Shown here in pieces: positions 42,876-53,718 of a stretch of DNA of 64,000 bases. The notes under the pieces are model-generated. The model was not told the DNA's origin. It was given only the letters and a program-made list of their open reading frames with translations, and did no database searches. The stretch lies in the NCBI GenBank assembly GCA_000091205.1, contig AP006495.2; one strand, written 5' to 3'. Every line of letters starts with the position of its first letter. Within the stretch, counting starts at the first letter, position 1. The DNA is from Cyanidioschyzon merolae (taxonomy: Eukaryota). A program made the translations under genes and the position numbers.

Positions 42876-45515
42876 AGAAGACGGCTCTATATGGACAAGG
42901 TTTTTCTGACGCATTCGTTTTCGCGCAAGTCTTACTTCCAGCTTGGATACGGTCTCTCCCAGTTTCGTGATCACGTTTTGGTAGTCCCGTTGCTGACGTC
43001 GCATGTCGCGGCGGAGATTTTCTTCGTGCTCGCGCTGTTGGGCAAGTTCTACTTTGGTTTCTATCAGTTCCTGCAGGAGCGCGTGTTCATCAAACGACAA
43101 CGGGAGCACGTCAGCATTCACGGCATACGCTGTGACGCCGTGCGTACCAGAGGCTGCTTGTCCAGCGACCGCCGCTTTCTCGCCAATCTGGTTCAGCGTT
43201 GACTGCTGCGCCTGGATGGTGCAGCTGCTGGCCTTCACGTGAGCGAGACTGGCCACGACTGACGCCCACCATTGCTGCCACTGATCGATTGCTTTCGTAC
43301 AAGTGCTTTTCAGGAGCAAAAGCTCTGTTTTGAGCCTAAGGACTTGGTGACGGGGTCGCTGCATCCGGATCGAAATCCGTTCGGGAAGCGCTTCAGCGGG
43401 TGAAAACGATGCGGCATTTTGCTGCACGAACACATGCTGTGCCTTGTTTCGCTGAAGAGCGTGGTGCAGCTCCTGAAACCCTTGAAGCATGTCCTTTTCG
43501 AAGGCTTCCCACTGCAAGCGCCAGGCAAAGAGATGTGCTCGGCAGTCGCTGGTTTCTTTGGAGAGCTTCCGCGCGAGTGTCGTCTGCCTTTGAGTCACCC
43601 GCGCTAGACGACCTTCGACGCTCACGCGGCCGCGTTGCAACCGTTCGCATGCCTCTTGCGCTTGTTGCTGCATCTCGCCTTGAAACATATGCATCTTTTT
43701 TCGCAGATGTTTCAGCTCTACTTTCGCCTGCCTCAGGGTGGAGCAAATGGAATCGTTCTCGAGTCTGGGGTCTCGCTCAGATGGAACACACGCCATCGGC
43801 CGTGTTACAGACATAGAACGATGCCGTCGCAGGCGCTCCAGCAATCCTGCAATCTGAGAAGCTGTCAAATCGAAGCAATGCTCAACGTGCTGGTACAGCG
43901 CGGGCAGCTCTGTCCCGGATAAGCGCTGCAAGACAATTACCACTTTTCTCAGCTGGTGGCTGTATCGCTTCTGGAGAATCTGATCCCGCACTAGCACTGC
44001 ATCGGAGAGATCCTTGAGTTGCTTCCTCAGTGTCACCACGGAGGTAAGTGCGGGTTCCATGCCTCGGGCTAGCGGTGCTTGCGAGTTCGGGCCTTCGCCG
44101 AGGTCGCTCCTGGTCGGTTGAGACGTCCTCACAGAGCCAACTGCTCGCCCTGGAGGTTGCTGCTCGGCAAGCGCTACAGGATGTTGATGCTCGGATGCGG
44201 CCGAATGCGGTTGCAAGTGCGCCCGCATGACGGAGAGTTGATGAGAGAGTCCGCTCAGGGCAGAGACGAGTGATGCACACTTTTTCCAGGCCAGGGTCAC
44301 GGTTTCCGCCGTATCCATTTCGTCTCCGTTGATCTGTGGGGATGAGTTGGACGGGATCTCTTGTGCTACTCGCACTGTTTCATAGCCAGACTCGCTCTCT
44401 GATGCCAGAGGTGCAGTCAGCAGAGAAAGCGTACGAGCAAGCGCTGCTGCATGTGCTGCACACTGCGCAGTGGGAAGCGTGCGCTCCTCCTCTGGAGCTA
44501 TCCCGTTCGTTGTGCCGGGGGTTCTTGAGCTCGATGGTCGCGCCCCGTGGGTTCCTGTTCCTGCAAACGCGTCCTCGATGCGAACATGGCCTCCGCTGTC
44601 TTGGTCCGTCGCATATCGCGCGGATTTCTCTTGCGAGGCAGCAGTCGATGGTGACAATACCTGGGTGGCGCTGCTTGCTGATTTCCCCACGAGCGAAGCC
44701 GTCGAGATTGCCCCTTCCTTTTTCCCGAAGACTTGTTCATCTTTTCCAGGCGTCGATGGTCTCTCATCTGGACCGGAGACGGAGCTGCTCACTCGACGCT
44801 TCATCTCTGTTGCCGGGAGCGTCCCGGTCACCCCAGCATTTGCATGTCCATCAGTTGCTGAAGAGGTGGGTTCCAACACGACGGATGGCTGAACAGGCTG
44901 GGCATGCAGCTGCTCTTTACTGAGCGTCGACGCTTCGGCAGACGACTCTGAATCATCGGACCAGAGTGTCGACTCGACGCTCCACTGACTCAGCTCCGAT
45001 GGAGCATAAGAGGAGACGCTGTCACGAGATCCCGAAGGCAGCGCTGAGCCCATCCAGGACAGACAGACTCTAGCGAAGATCCGGGAACCATTGGATAGCA
45101 CGAAGACATGTTCGCGTTGAACACCACTACCGAGTTCACCCAAGAACATCACGAGGTCAAAGTGAACTTTCTCCAAAGCCTTCGACGAAAGTTCGGAACC
45201 ACGAGATGGTTGTCGTTTGCCGGGCGCTTGCCAAGTCAACAAACGCAGTTTGCAGTCCTTGGACTCAAACTTTCCGGTCTTGCGGTCTCTGTAAAGCGAG
45301 CAGATAATAGAAAGACTCTCAGCGAGCGCAACTCGTTGACCAGCAGGGTTTGTTTCGAACGGCTGACTGGTAGCCGTGCGAAGCCCGCGTTGCAGCTGCA
45401 GAACGACGGCGCGTTGACGCGGACTCCCTTGGAAGCCCACCAGCTGTACATCAAACTGAAAGGTCTGTCGCTCTTTTTGAAGTCTACTCGGGAGTTTGGA
45501 CACCCGACGGAACAT
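42867..45515 (-). CDS. Long coiled-coil protein (882 aa), function unknown
   Basis: Single long ORF. The C-terminal half is rich in heptad-like Leu/Gln/Arg/Glu segments. The N-terminal half is Ser/Ala/Thr-rich. Confidence 0.6.
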   Translation of the reverse strand: MFRRVSKLPSRLQKERQTFQFDVQLVGFQGSPRQRAVVLQLQRGLRTATSQPFETNPAGQRVALAESLSIICSLYRDRKTGKFESKDCKLRLLTWQAPGKRQPSRGSELSSKALEKVHFDLVMFLGELGSGVQREHVFVLSNGSRIFARVCLSWMGSALPSGSRDSVSSYAPSELSQWSVESTLWSDDSESSAEASTLSKEQLHAQPVQPSVVLEPTSSATDGHANAGVTGTLPATEMKRRVSSSVSGPDERPSTPGKDEQVFGKKEGAISTASLVGKSASSATQVLSPSTAASQEKSARYATDQDSGGHVRIEDAFAGTGTHGARPSSSRTPGTTNGIAPEEERTLPTAQCAAHAAALARTLSLLTAPLASESESGYETVRVAQEIPSNSSPQINGDEMDTAETVTLAWKKCASLVSALSGLSHQLSVMRAHLQPHSAASEHQHPVALAEQQPPGRAVGSVRTSQPTRSDLGEGPNSQAPLARGMEPALTSVVTLRKQLKDLSDAVLVRDQILQKRYSHQLRKVVIVLQRLSGTELPALYQHVEHCFDLTASQIAGLLERLRRHRSMSVTRPMACVPSERDPRLENDSICSTLRQAKVELKHLRKKMHMFQGEMQQQAQEACERLQRGRVSVEGRLARVTQRQTTLARKLSKETSDCRAHLFAWRLQWEAFEKDMLQGFQELHHALQRNKAQHVFVQQNAASFSPAEALPERISIRMQRPRHQVLRLKTELLLLKSTCTKAIDQWQQWWASVVASLAHVKASSCTIQAQQSTLNQIGEKAAVAGQAASGTHGVTAYAVNADVLPLSFDEHALLQELIETKVELAQQREHEENLRRDMRRQQRDYQNVITKLGETVSKLEVRLARKRMRQKNLVHIEPSSYT

Positions 45516-47464
45516 GAGGCTTTGCTGCTCTGCAGTGCACAGGTGGCTGCCCGAGTTCGCGTTCGGAACGGTCGCTGCGGCCGCGTTGCTTCGAGAACCC
45601 CAGAACGAACGGTGCTGAAGGCCCAGTGCCTGGTACAGGAACGCTGGGGTGTCCTTTTGTTCTGAGCAGCTGATCGGTGTTGCGTGATGGTACGAATGCT
45701 CAGGTAGGCTTCAAGTATGCATGTTTTGAACAAGCGTCGTTGAAGCGGCCTACAATAGTGAGCAGCGCAAGTTTCCGACGTAAAGGGCTCTTTCTGTTGG
45801 GCGGGTGCTGTTGCGAAAAGGACGTATCAGTTGGGACACTCTCAGCGTTCGGATTGTGTTGTTGCGAGGGATGTAAGGATGAAGCAGCGGTATAATGGTG
45901 TTTCGGTAGTAGTAAGGTGCTACATTCGAAGCAGGACAAAGCTAGTGAAGCCGTGTCGCGAGGAACGTCCGTTTTCACCAGGAGGATCGGTGCTCTACCC
46001 TACGAAGCGTTTGCATGAACTGTAGATCAGACGGCCACCAAAACCGAAGCATGCTGTCCGTAAAATGACGCTGAAATGATTGCAGGTCGACCACGTGGCA
46101 CGAATGGAAGCAGCACGGAATACAGAAGGACGCAACGCGTTGGATCTCTGTTCGACCTCCACAGCTGCCTCGTTGATTGTTCGTACGGTATCAACGGAAG
46201 CGACAAACAACTCGGATGACACTACACATCAGATCCGGAGGACATACCAGCACATATAGACCTGAACTTGAACGACACCTGTGCAGTGCCAACGTCAGAG
46301 ACTTGCAGCAAAAGAGGCGAGTACAAGACGCTTTGTCTCAATTGTGTATGGATATAACGAGGAAAGCGTCGACTTCCGCCGACGCATGAAATGCAAACAA
46401 CGCGTCCAGAAGCAAATGACATTGAATTGTTCTGCTGCATGAAGCACCGCACTTTTATCGTTTGCATAGCCTGCTTGTTGAGCTGCTTATGTCCGCGATA
46501 ATCACTGAGATGTAACTGTGTCAGAACCAATTCGGAAGCTTCTGCTTGGGTAACGCGGGCGTAGACGCTAGCATTTTCGGTTTCTTCATGCTGTCACCAA
46601 CAGCAGCCATGCGGGCTTTCCCCCGCGAAGCCAAGTCCGAGTCCCAGATACTTTTCCATGGAAACAGCAGGGACGGAGGCATCTGAAAGCATTTGCCGTC
46701 AGCGGTACCTTCCTGGGGTCGAATGATACTTCTTCGAATACTGCTTACAGAGTAGAATTCGGTTTTCGAATGGAATCGAATCTTGGACATGAGGTTCAGT
46801 GTATTTCGGCATGAGCTTGTGAGTAAGCCGTCAAGGGACGATATCTAGAATATTGAATGTCGACTATCCAGAGGCGTGAGCTGCTGTTTCCACCACTTAC
46901 CTCGAACAAGAAAGATCGAAAACTCGCAGATTGCGTGTTTTGAGCAGGCTACACGTAAGAAAGGAGAAGCTTGGAAGTTTCTATATTTGAGCAGGATGAT
47001 GATGTCAGTTACTTTACGAAACCCTGTTCAACGACTCTACGAATCATCTTGATTCAGGTGTCGCAACGAATTCCAGCGGCAAAACTTCGAAGGAGCCCAT
47101 TAAAAAAGACGCCCGATAATCCTGAATGTGCCTATGAATCCGTAAGCTCCCCTCTCCACTCTTCCATTGTCGATGCTGTGCAACTAAAATCTGGTCGGAA
47201 GAAAATGCATACAAGTGAAGAAAGCGAGTAGTCCAGTGTTCGGGATTAAACTGACGCCAGTGCCGTTGATGAGGCAGGCACTTACGCTGCCTATCCTCCT
47301 GTGCCTCTATATCTCTATTTATCTAACCATGCGTCTATGGACCCATCGTGAATTGAGTGCTTCGATCGATAAACAGTGCAATGGAATCGTAGAAGAACGT
47401 AACTGTTCACATATTGCCCCTGGAAAACCGCTTCCAGTCCATAGGTTTGACACTCCAGTCTCTT

Positions 47465-50040
47465 TGGTTTTTGAAGCAGACCATGCTAGTGCAGTGCACG
47501 AGGCGGAACGCCAAGGCGCTCTCTCTCCTGGCCTCTGATTCGGTTTTCAGCACAAGGTTCCGGCGTTGCAGTACACTGCCTACAATGAGTACAAGACGAT
47601 TCTTTCAAAAAATATAACTCTCGCACGAAATAAAGCCGCAGGGCGCCTTGGAAACACATTTTTTCTCTGTGCTCATCGAGATATTCATGTCGTAGTGCAG
47701 CAAGTGCGTGTTCGCAATGTTGCCGGTGGTGTCACACCAGGCACGCTTCTCGCTCTCCATTGTCTCGTCATCGAAGGTTCGGTCCGCTGCCCGTAGCGCA
47801 TCTCGCGCATCCGTATCTGTTTCACACGCTCCTTCTCGATGTGTCTCAGAGCGTACCTTTGCTCATGATGCGCGTGTATTGTCGTGAACGCATCCATGGG
47901 AATCGTCGAGCATCCACGCTAGACCACGGGAAACGCTCCCGTCGATGGAGCACGACTGCAGCCTCTGCGCGCTGCACGACGTCTAGAACTGCAGCCCAGC
48001 ACTAAGTGACGCGAGTTGTCCGTCATTCGCCCTTCCGTCTCATGGGCAAAAGTCACGAATGGACGGTTCTTGCCTCCGTACAACCGACATTGTTGCCGGA
48101 TGCAGCGCACGCTCGCCAACTCCTGTTCAAAATCGTTCGCACGAGACTTCCACGTTCCCGTATCCGATCTGAGGCAGAGCACCCCTTCAATGAGCACCAC
48201 TCGACGGGGCCGTGCAGGTTACCGCACACCTGGTACATCGGACACACCGGAGACAAGGCTTGCAGGGCGCTGCCTCACGAAGCACTTGATATGCACCTGC
48301 ATTTGCGTTTGGGGTTTGGTTTCGTCTTTTCTGGAAACCTGTGCTGTTGATGTTCCGATCGCCGGAGTGGTGCGGAGACGCCTCAACGTTCTCTAAGAAG
48401 CGGGCGTGTAAGCTTCTTACTCTACAAGCAGGTCGTGCGGCGTCATCTGCCCGACGGATCAGTTTTGTTGTCACACGAAGAGTTGATGGAAACCTTCCGG
48501 AGTGTCGTGGACAGCAGGCAGTCCTGGATCCGGAACCCCTGTGAGCCGTTCCTCGCCAAGGTCCATCAAGGCAAGGCAAGCGGGGCGGAGTCTTCTTCGA
48601 ATCAGAAGCTACGTGATCCCCAATGGCGCCTGCACCGCACGTTCGAGGAAATGCTCTCGCTTGTTGGGTTTTTCTATTGGAGCGAGGCCTAGCCACCGTC
48701 TCAGACGTATGGTTCCGCTCCAGCAGCTTCGCCTTCCTGTCCCTTGACGTCCTTTTCTCGAAAGCGTCTTGTCCTTCTCTGTCAGATGGGTTTCTGCTCG
48801 TTAGCCTTTCTGTGGTTGGAGTGACATGAATGCTGGCGCTGTGCCCCGTATCCGGTCGCTTTCCCCGACATGCAGACGCACGGGATGGAATGCAGTACGC
48901 AAACGCTCCTCTTCTATACATGTATATACGCTTTCTTTCGTATGTTTTCGTCCTCGTCTGCGTCGCGAGCACGACCGCCGACAGCCGCGCGCGTTTCCGC
49001 TCCTTCCTCCGCTCACATGAAGAAGCAACTGCGCAATTCAGGGTTCGTGAAGCTAGTGAACGACTCGCTCAAGAACGATGCCACAGATACAAAAAACTCG
49101 TCTATTGATCCGTCAGCGCCTCACAGCGTTTGCCAACGTAGAAGACGTCTTCGACGGGATCGAATCAACGAGAATAGGCAGGCACCACGAGCAGTCCAGC
49201 ACCGTGCCCAGCTGCGTGCTCCTTGACCCAGTACGAGGGACAGATACTGACGTTGTCTCACAACAGCACAGATGAATTTACGAACGAGAGGCCACAAAGT
49301 GTTTCCACGGAGGATCAGCTCATGGGTGATCCTGTCGGATAGGCGGTTTACAGGTGATACCACAATCGCATCTTCGCTTGTGTTGATCCCGCCGTCATGC
49401 TCGCTTGTCTCTTCGCTACGAACTCCGATTCGCCCCATTATGACGAGCAACATATAACTCTACCATTTGTCGACCATGAATTCTCATCGTGTGAAACGAA
49501 AACCCACCGCTCCTATCATAAGCGTTCCCGTCTCCGTTCGACATCCATCGTGTGTGTTGCAGACGAGCACTGGTCCCCTACAAGGGCGAGCTTCTTTCTC
49601 GTTCATCCGCCTCGCGTCATTATCTTTCGTATCAATGGTACGGAAACTTCACATCCTGTACCTTCTATGACAGTATATCGAATGCAATGCACACCGTGGA
49701 ATGGATCTACGAGCAGAACGTCCTGATAATACAGCTCGACAGATTCCGCTTTTGATGCGCTTTCAGCATCAGGTATGCGAGAAGCGTGCATCATCCATCC
49801 GCTGACTGCGGAGTAAATCTCTCGTACAAGTGAGGCTGTTTTTTCGCAAAGCGTCAATGACAACATAACGTCATTCTGCCACCTCTGTCTCTCTCCAAGC
49901 AACAGGACACATGCTTTCTGTTAAACACCTGCCAGAGGAACACAGAAAATCATAAACAGCATGCTGACGCACGTGTTCTGGACACAGGTGCTCCTAGGAT
50001 TACGCTGCCCCCGCATGACGCAGGAAGTGAACTCGCGATG
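47465..50040. repeat. Inverted repeat copy B (reverse complement of 28600-31176). The inner boundary is sharp at 47465
   Basis: See copy A. Mirrored ORFs run throughout with 0-7 amino-acid differences per ~100 residues. Confidence 0.9.
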
Positions 50041-50513
50041 CCGCCGCAGTTACATCGCAACGCATCATGCGTTCCCGATCATCGATCCGCATACATGGGG
50101 TCTGCCTCGTACACGCCCTGACCAGCTACGAGTTGACTGCACGAAGAACCATTCAGGTCGGTACCACAGAGCAGCCATTTTCCCAAGTTCCGCTGGAACC
50201 TCCCTTTACCGCACTCAAAATGCCGAAGCTCCTGTTTTGTCTCGCTGACGCATTGGAACGGAAAGCGCTTGTACGCATCTGGTGCATCAATCATCGTTCA
50301 TCGCGGCTGATGCTACCAAGTCACTTTCCTAAACCGGGGCTGACCGCACTCAAAAGCTACCTTACCTGTGAGATTCTGCAGAAATGCATGGAACGGGACC
50401 AGATCACGGCTCTGTTGCCGTCCCTACACATATACGATAGCTGACGCTTTGCTTGTCACTGACAAAGGTTGCGCGTCATCATCTCCCATTCCGCACTCGT
50501 CAAGCAGCGAAAA

Positions 50514-51275
50514 CTAAATATACAACAGCTGACGCTTCGCGAGTAACTGGCGAAGATTGGGCATCCTAATTTCCCAGTCCGCCCTGGTGAAGCAACCAAA
50601 ACGTTCAGCAGCCAGCAGCAACGCTTCCAGCGTCGCCGGACTAGGTCCGTCGTCATCCTCGACTGCGAGGAGTGCCAGCACCGGTATCCGCAGCCAACAA
50701 CCTGCTGCTAGCAGTGCAGCTGTGATTCCACCAATGCAACCAGTCTCTACCCAGCGTAGCTGGATACGGTTCTGCTGCGTGCCCTCATCACTCCACAGAG
50801 GGCGAAGCAACGGGTCATCGATCTGCACGAGGTCATTCGCCAGGACCAAGACTTGCGAAGCGTTTTCCACGTTTGATAGTGATGGATACGACGTACTCGT
50901 CAAAATCGCTGCTGCTTGGTGCGGTTCGATGGTTCGCAAGGCAACCACCAGGTGCTGCGGGCGTGTCGCTGCCAGCAAGGAAGTGGCCACCGTCGGAGCT
51001 CGTTCGAGTGGCAGCCTGTGAATGTTGACGACCTGCCGCTCCAGGTTCCCCGTACGCTTTACACGCAACGTTTGCGCGGCCGGTCCGTCCAACACAAAGA
51101 TCAAGCGTTGCTGAGGGTCCACGAGGTTCCAGAGAGCGGCTTCCTCCCCGCTGAGGGAAGCGGTGGCGGCTGCTGCTGCCTCCTCATCTGACTCGTACCC
51201 AGAATCCGTCACTGGGTCAGCAAAGTCCTGCGATAACTGCTCACTTGGATCAACTGACAACGTATGACGAAACAT
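50514..51275 (-). CDS. Proteasome assembly chaperone 2 (PAC2/PSMG2)-like protein, 253 aa
   Basis: The C-terminal pattern GCIGGITAALLAAGCWLRIPVLALLAVEDDDGPSPATLEALLLAAERFG...W..P.W..L resembles PSMG2 (GGGITKTLY...MAVLLKFVSEGDNIPDALGLVEYL...W.IPSSW). This is a moderate-strength match from memory. Confidence 0.5.
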   Translation of the reverse strand: MFRHTLSVDPSEQLSQDFADPVTDSGYESDEEAAAAATASLSGEEAALWNLVDPQQRLIFVLDGPAAQTLRVKRTGNLERQVVNIHRLPLERAPTVATSLLAATRPQHLVVALRTIEPHQAAAILTSTSYPSLSNVENASQVLVLANDLVQIDDPLLRPLWSDEGTQQNRIQLRWVETGCIGGITAALLAAGCWLRIPVLALLAVEDDDGPSPATLEALLLAAERFGCFTRADWEIRMPNLRQLLAKRQLLYI

Positions 51276-51580
51276 GTGCCGCTTTTGTTCTCATCTGACA
51301 ACCAGAGAGCGGTCCTGCTGGCGACGAGCACCGACTTGCAATGCAGTGCAGCCAGCAACGTGTTGAAAGAGCACGAACGCGGGCATCAAAGCATCGCAGC
51401 CCAGTCTTGAGCTGCGAGTCGCATGACGCGACGCGGATGATAGACGCCATCGAGAAGATACCAAGGAAGCGAGGGTACGAGTTGTTTCGTCGATATGTTG
51501 AGAGGCATCGCTGTCGTTCGAGGAAGACGTCCGTTCGCCATGTAGACGGTACCAATTTCAGGTATGTATAGACGCATAGC

Positions 51581-53117
51581 AGACATACATGGAACGGGCC
51601 CACAGCGCTCAATCGGGCGTACACACGAAATGCGGAGCATCTCGTATTTGTCATGAACAAATGACCCGGTAGGCCTCTTCCGACACAGCGTACTTGCTCT
51701 CGTTCGCACCTCGGGATTTTTGGACACGCCAGTCTCTCTGGACCCCGCAGTTCCACGGTCTCCCGTCGAAGGATGCTCGTGGCAGCGCCCGAGTCCCGAT
51801 CTCACAGCTGCCGGCTGTTGTCGATGCAGTTCATCCACCGGCGAGACTTGCAATCCATGCTTCGCTTGCCAGCTTCGTCTTCTTCGAATACAGCGCCGAT
51901 GCGCTTTGCGCAGCGGTCGCACTCGACTGCTGTTGTCGGGTATCCCACATGTCCAGCGCACACCCGTCACCGAGTGCAGCGCTGTGCGGCGTGAAGGACT
52001 CCTCCAGTGCTCGGTGCACGCCCCTGACGAGTACAGAAGGCGTCGCTCGATGCCGTGCTCCGTTGCCGCGCCCGGTACCGTACACTGTCGTCACGAACTT
52101 GTTCAGGGCGATCCCCTCGGCGAGTACGCTGTCCGCGGCAGACGCAAGCGAAGGCTTCTGCATTACGCAGAGGATCTGTGAAACGCGGTGCTGTCCGTGA
52201 TAGAGCACGGAGCAGACGGAAGCTTCACACTCGAGAAGTCGTCGACATACTCCGAGCCGTTTCCGATCCCTGGTTGCAAAGCGGTGACACAGGCTCCGCT
52301 GGAAGCGAGTGCCGGGAGAGCTGGTATCCGAGTCCGAGACCGAGCACCCATGGACGGGCAGGAGCCGAGCACCCGTGGACGGGCAGGAGCCGAGCACCCA
52401 TGGACGGGCAGGAGCCGAGCACCCATGGACGGGCAGGAGCCGAGCACCCGTGGACGGGCAGGAGCCGAGCACCCGTGGACGGGCAGGAGCCGAGCACCCA
52501 TGGACGGGCAGGAGCCGAGCACCCATGGACGTCCGTGCCCTGTGGGGTACCGTGCTTGCGTCGAACGCCGTCTCAGCGGTGTTAGCAAGGAGCCGGGCGA
52601 TATGTCTCCTCGGCCGAGTTCGACGCTCTGACTTGCGAAGTACGGTGAGCGATCGGCTCGAGCTTGTGAGCAAGTCGTTAACGGACGGCGTCGACGAACG
52701 TTCCGAAAGCGTCCAGGTGCTTGAGGTGGCGCGCCCACTGGGTTGCCTCGGAATAGCAAGATCGAAAACCTGAAGATTGGATACTCGGAGCGGGCTGCAA
52801 GTGAAGATAGAAGAAGAGAGGCGTCTAGCGCGTATGCATACAACGGTAGTATCGATTCGTTTACGATGCCTTGTTCGCGGGTGTCCCGAATCGTCTCGAT
52901 TCTGGTGACGTAACGAGTTGCAGCGGCACATCGTTGAACGTGTCGCTCCGCGAGAAAGAAGAACCACCGACCTAGAATCCTGAGAGTGTATACGAATCCG
53001 TAAGCATTTTATTGGTGCTCCATGAAAGTCAGCGCTTTGCATCTGAACAAGTTCAGAGGGAAATCTAAATGCAGGAACAGGGTGTGCAGTTCTTTTGTAG
53101 ACTTATATCTGACGCGG
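51581..53117. repeat. Direct repeat copy 1, about 1.54 kb, carrying an internal 25-bp VNTR (7 full plus 1 partial units)
   Basis: About 99% identical to 58614-60185 in the same orientation. Identical ORF artefacts appear in both copies (for example MTGVRWTCG...). Confidence 0.9.
52342..52537. repeat. 25-bp VNTR inside direct repeat copy 1, 7 full units plus 1 truncated unit
   Basis: Unit GAGCACCC(A/G)TGGACGGGCAGGAGCC; the pattern of the A/G variant across units is A G A A G G A A. Confidence 0.9.
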
Positions 53118-53718
53118 GTGTCTGCAACTGCCAACGCAGGCATTTACGTCCGAAGCTGTGGGTCTCAATATGGTTTTCCAGTAGCGATGACTGCCAGGGT
53201 TGGTTTGCGGTGCAAACCAAGGTTCCTGAGCTTAACTTGAATGCTTCTAGCGAGCGCACTGGTTTATTGTTGCTCTCGCGAGAGGCTGGCGCGCCTTGTA
53301 TGAACCTCAAACGCTCTATGTTTCCGACCAACGGCACTTGTCTCAGAACCTGCTGATTACCTCGGCACCGCTTCCCGTACACAAGCCTTCAAAGCACATT
53401 ATTAAAGGATTCATGATAGATGCTTTTCCAGGAAACTGTCGTGCGGTTGTCTACCCGATGTTGGAGCAATAGCTAGTGCCCCCATTGTATGAGCGTGAAG
53501 CGCGCTCAGCAGGTTCCTATGCGTTGCGCGTCACCTTTCCTTGCCTGTATGATAGCGCCGCCCCTACATATGTTCCTACGCTGGGTGCACGGAGTATTCT
53601 ATATGACCGAGCGAGCGTGGAGCCAAAGCGCAATTGGCAATCGAAGATGTTCAGCATAGCGAGTACCCGAAGTCGCCATACAGTGACCTGTCTATAGAAA
53701 ACACAACTTGAAGGACAG

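Noticed and set aside
45108-45733. ORFs of 185 aa (+) and 165 aa (-) overlapping the 5' end of the 882-aa coiled-coil gene
   Set aside because: These are antisense or off-frame ORFs within or adjacent to a long real CDS, with no independent support
51386-53042. Long Arg/Cys/Pro-rich ORFs inside both direct-repeat copies (for example 51831..53042 - 403 aa, 58864..59901 - 345 aa) and inside the inverted repeats (29660..30454 + 264 aa, 48187..48972 -)
   Set aside because: Their composition is typical of off-frame translation of GC-rich DNA. They run across the 25-bp VNTR, overlap each other on both strands, and show no domain. They are retained in both copies simply because the copies are 97-99% identical
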